DNA of 51,810 bases from Octopus bimaculoides (lineage: Eukaryota), in assembly GCF_001194135.2 (NCBI RefSeq), contig NC_068985.1, positions 102,344,836 to 102,396,645 of the forward strand, read 5' to 3'. Positions 51,298 to 51,810 of this stretch are shown piece after piece. The translations under genes and the position numbers were made by a program. Each line of letters opens with the position of its first letter. Position 1 is the stretch's first letter. The notes under the pieces are model-generated. The model searched no databases and was not told the origin of the DNA. It saw only the letters and a list, made by a program, of their open reading frames with translations.

Positions 51298-51715
51298 GGA
51301 TGGATACAAGTAGTAGCACAGTGAAACAATGCACTCAAAATATTTAGTTAGAATTGAAAATATTTAATAACAGGTTGGCACAGTTCCGCCTTCTTTATAG
51401 TTTTGCGTGCACAAACGAGTCCACATCATCATATAAACGGCATTGGATACCGTACAATTGGGAACAAGGATGCGATCTATGCAAGAAGTTTGTGTAAAGA
51501 ATCAAGAGTTCTATATGGAACCAATTTTGAAAACTTTGTTTTCAAAAAGCCTTTGAATACATCATTCTCTAACACCATTTCTCATTCGTTGTCCCTCTCT
51601 GTGACCACCTTTCTGCCGCACATCAACATCATAGTAATCTATAACATATGAGAGATGTAGGTTTATTTTTCCTCTTGAACGGAGAAATTTCTCTTTGAAC
51701 GGCGACGTTTTCAGT

Positions 51716-51810
<95 letters not shown>
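51130..51810. repeat. (TG)n and (GATA)n at 51130-51300; (CT)n-(TA)n-(TG)n at 51716-51810
   Basis: Seen directly. Confidence 0.95.

Overview
AT-rich, microsatellite-dense eukaryotic DNA with 12 N-gaps, nearly all beside dinucleotide runs. The SINE families and repeat make-up point to an octopus (coleoid cephalopod) genome; that is an inference, not checked against a database. I can support no intact protein-coding gene, rRNA, true tRNA gene or CRISPR array. Nearly all listed ORFs are microsatellite or gap translations. The window reads as intronic or intergenic and holds: about 17 copies or fragments of a tRNA-derived SINE with a Meta-like domain; about 5 copies of a second tRNA-derived SINE with a CORE-like motif and an internal microsatellite; one copy of a third tRNA-SINE; a Chapaev3-like (CMC) transposase pseudogene; a mariner relic with an internal inversion flanked by an 84-bp inverted duplication; degraded LINE fragments; and a possible 68-bp mini-Helitron. 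The most interesting signal is a set of three minimal type-I hammerhead-ribozyme motifs of the Penelope/retrozyme kind. One at 39909-39980 (minus) is nearly intact. Another is the tail of a fold-back element built from two head-to-head tRNA-like Pol III heads, (AAT)n linkers and a hammerhead (26770-27243). All folds, translations and alignments were done by eye.
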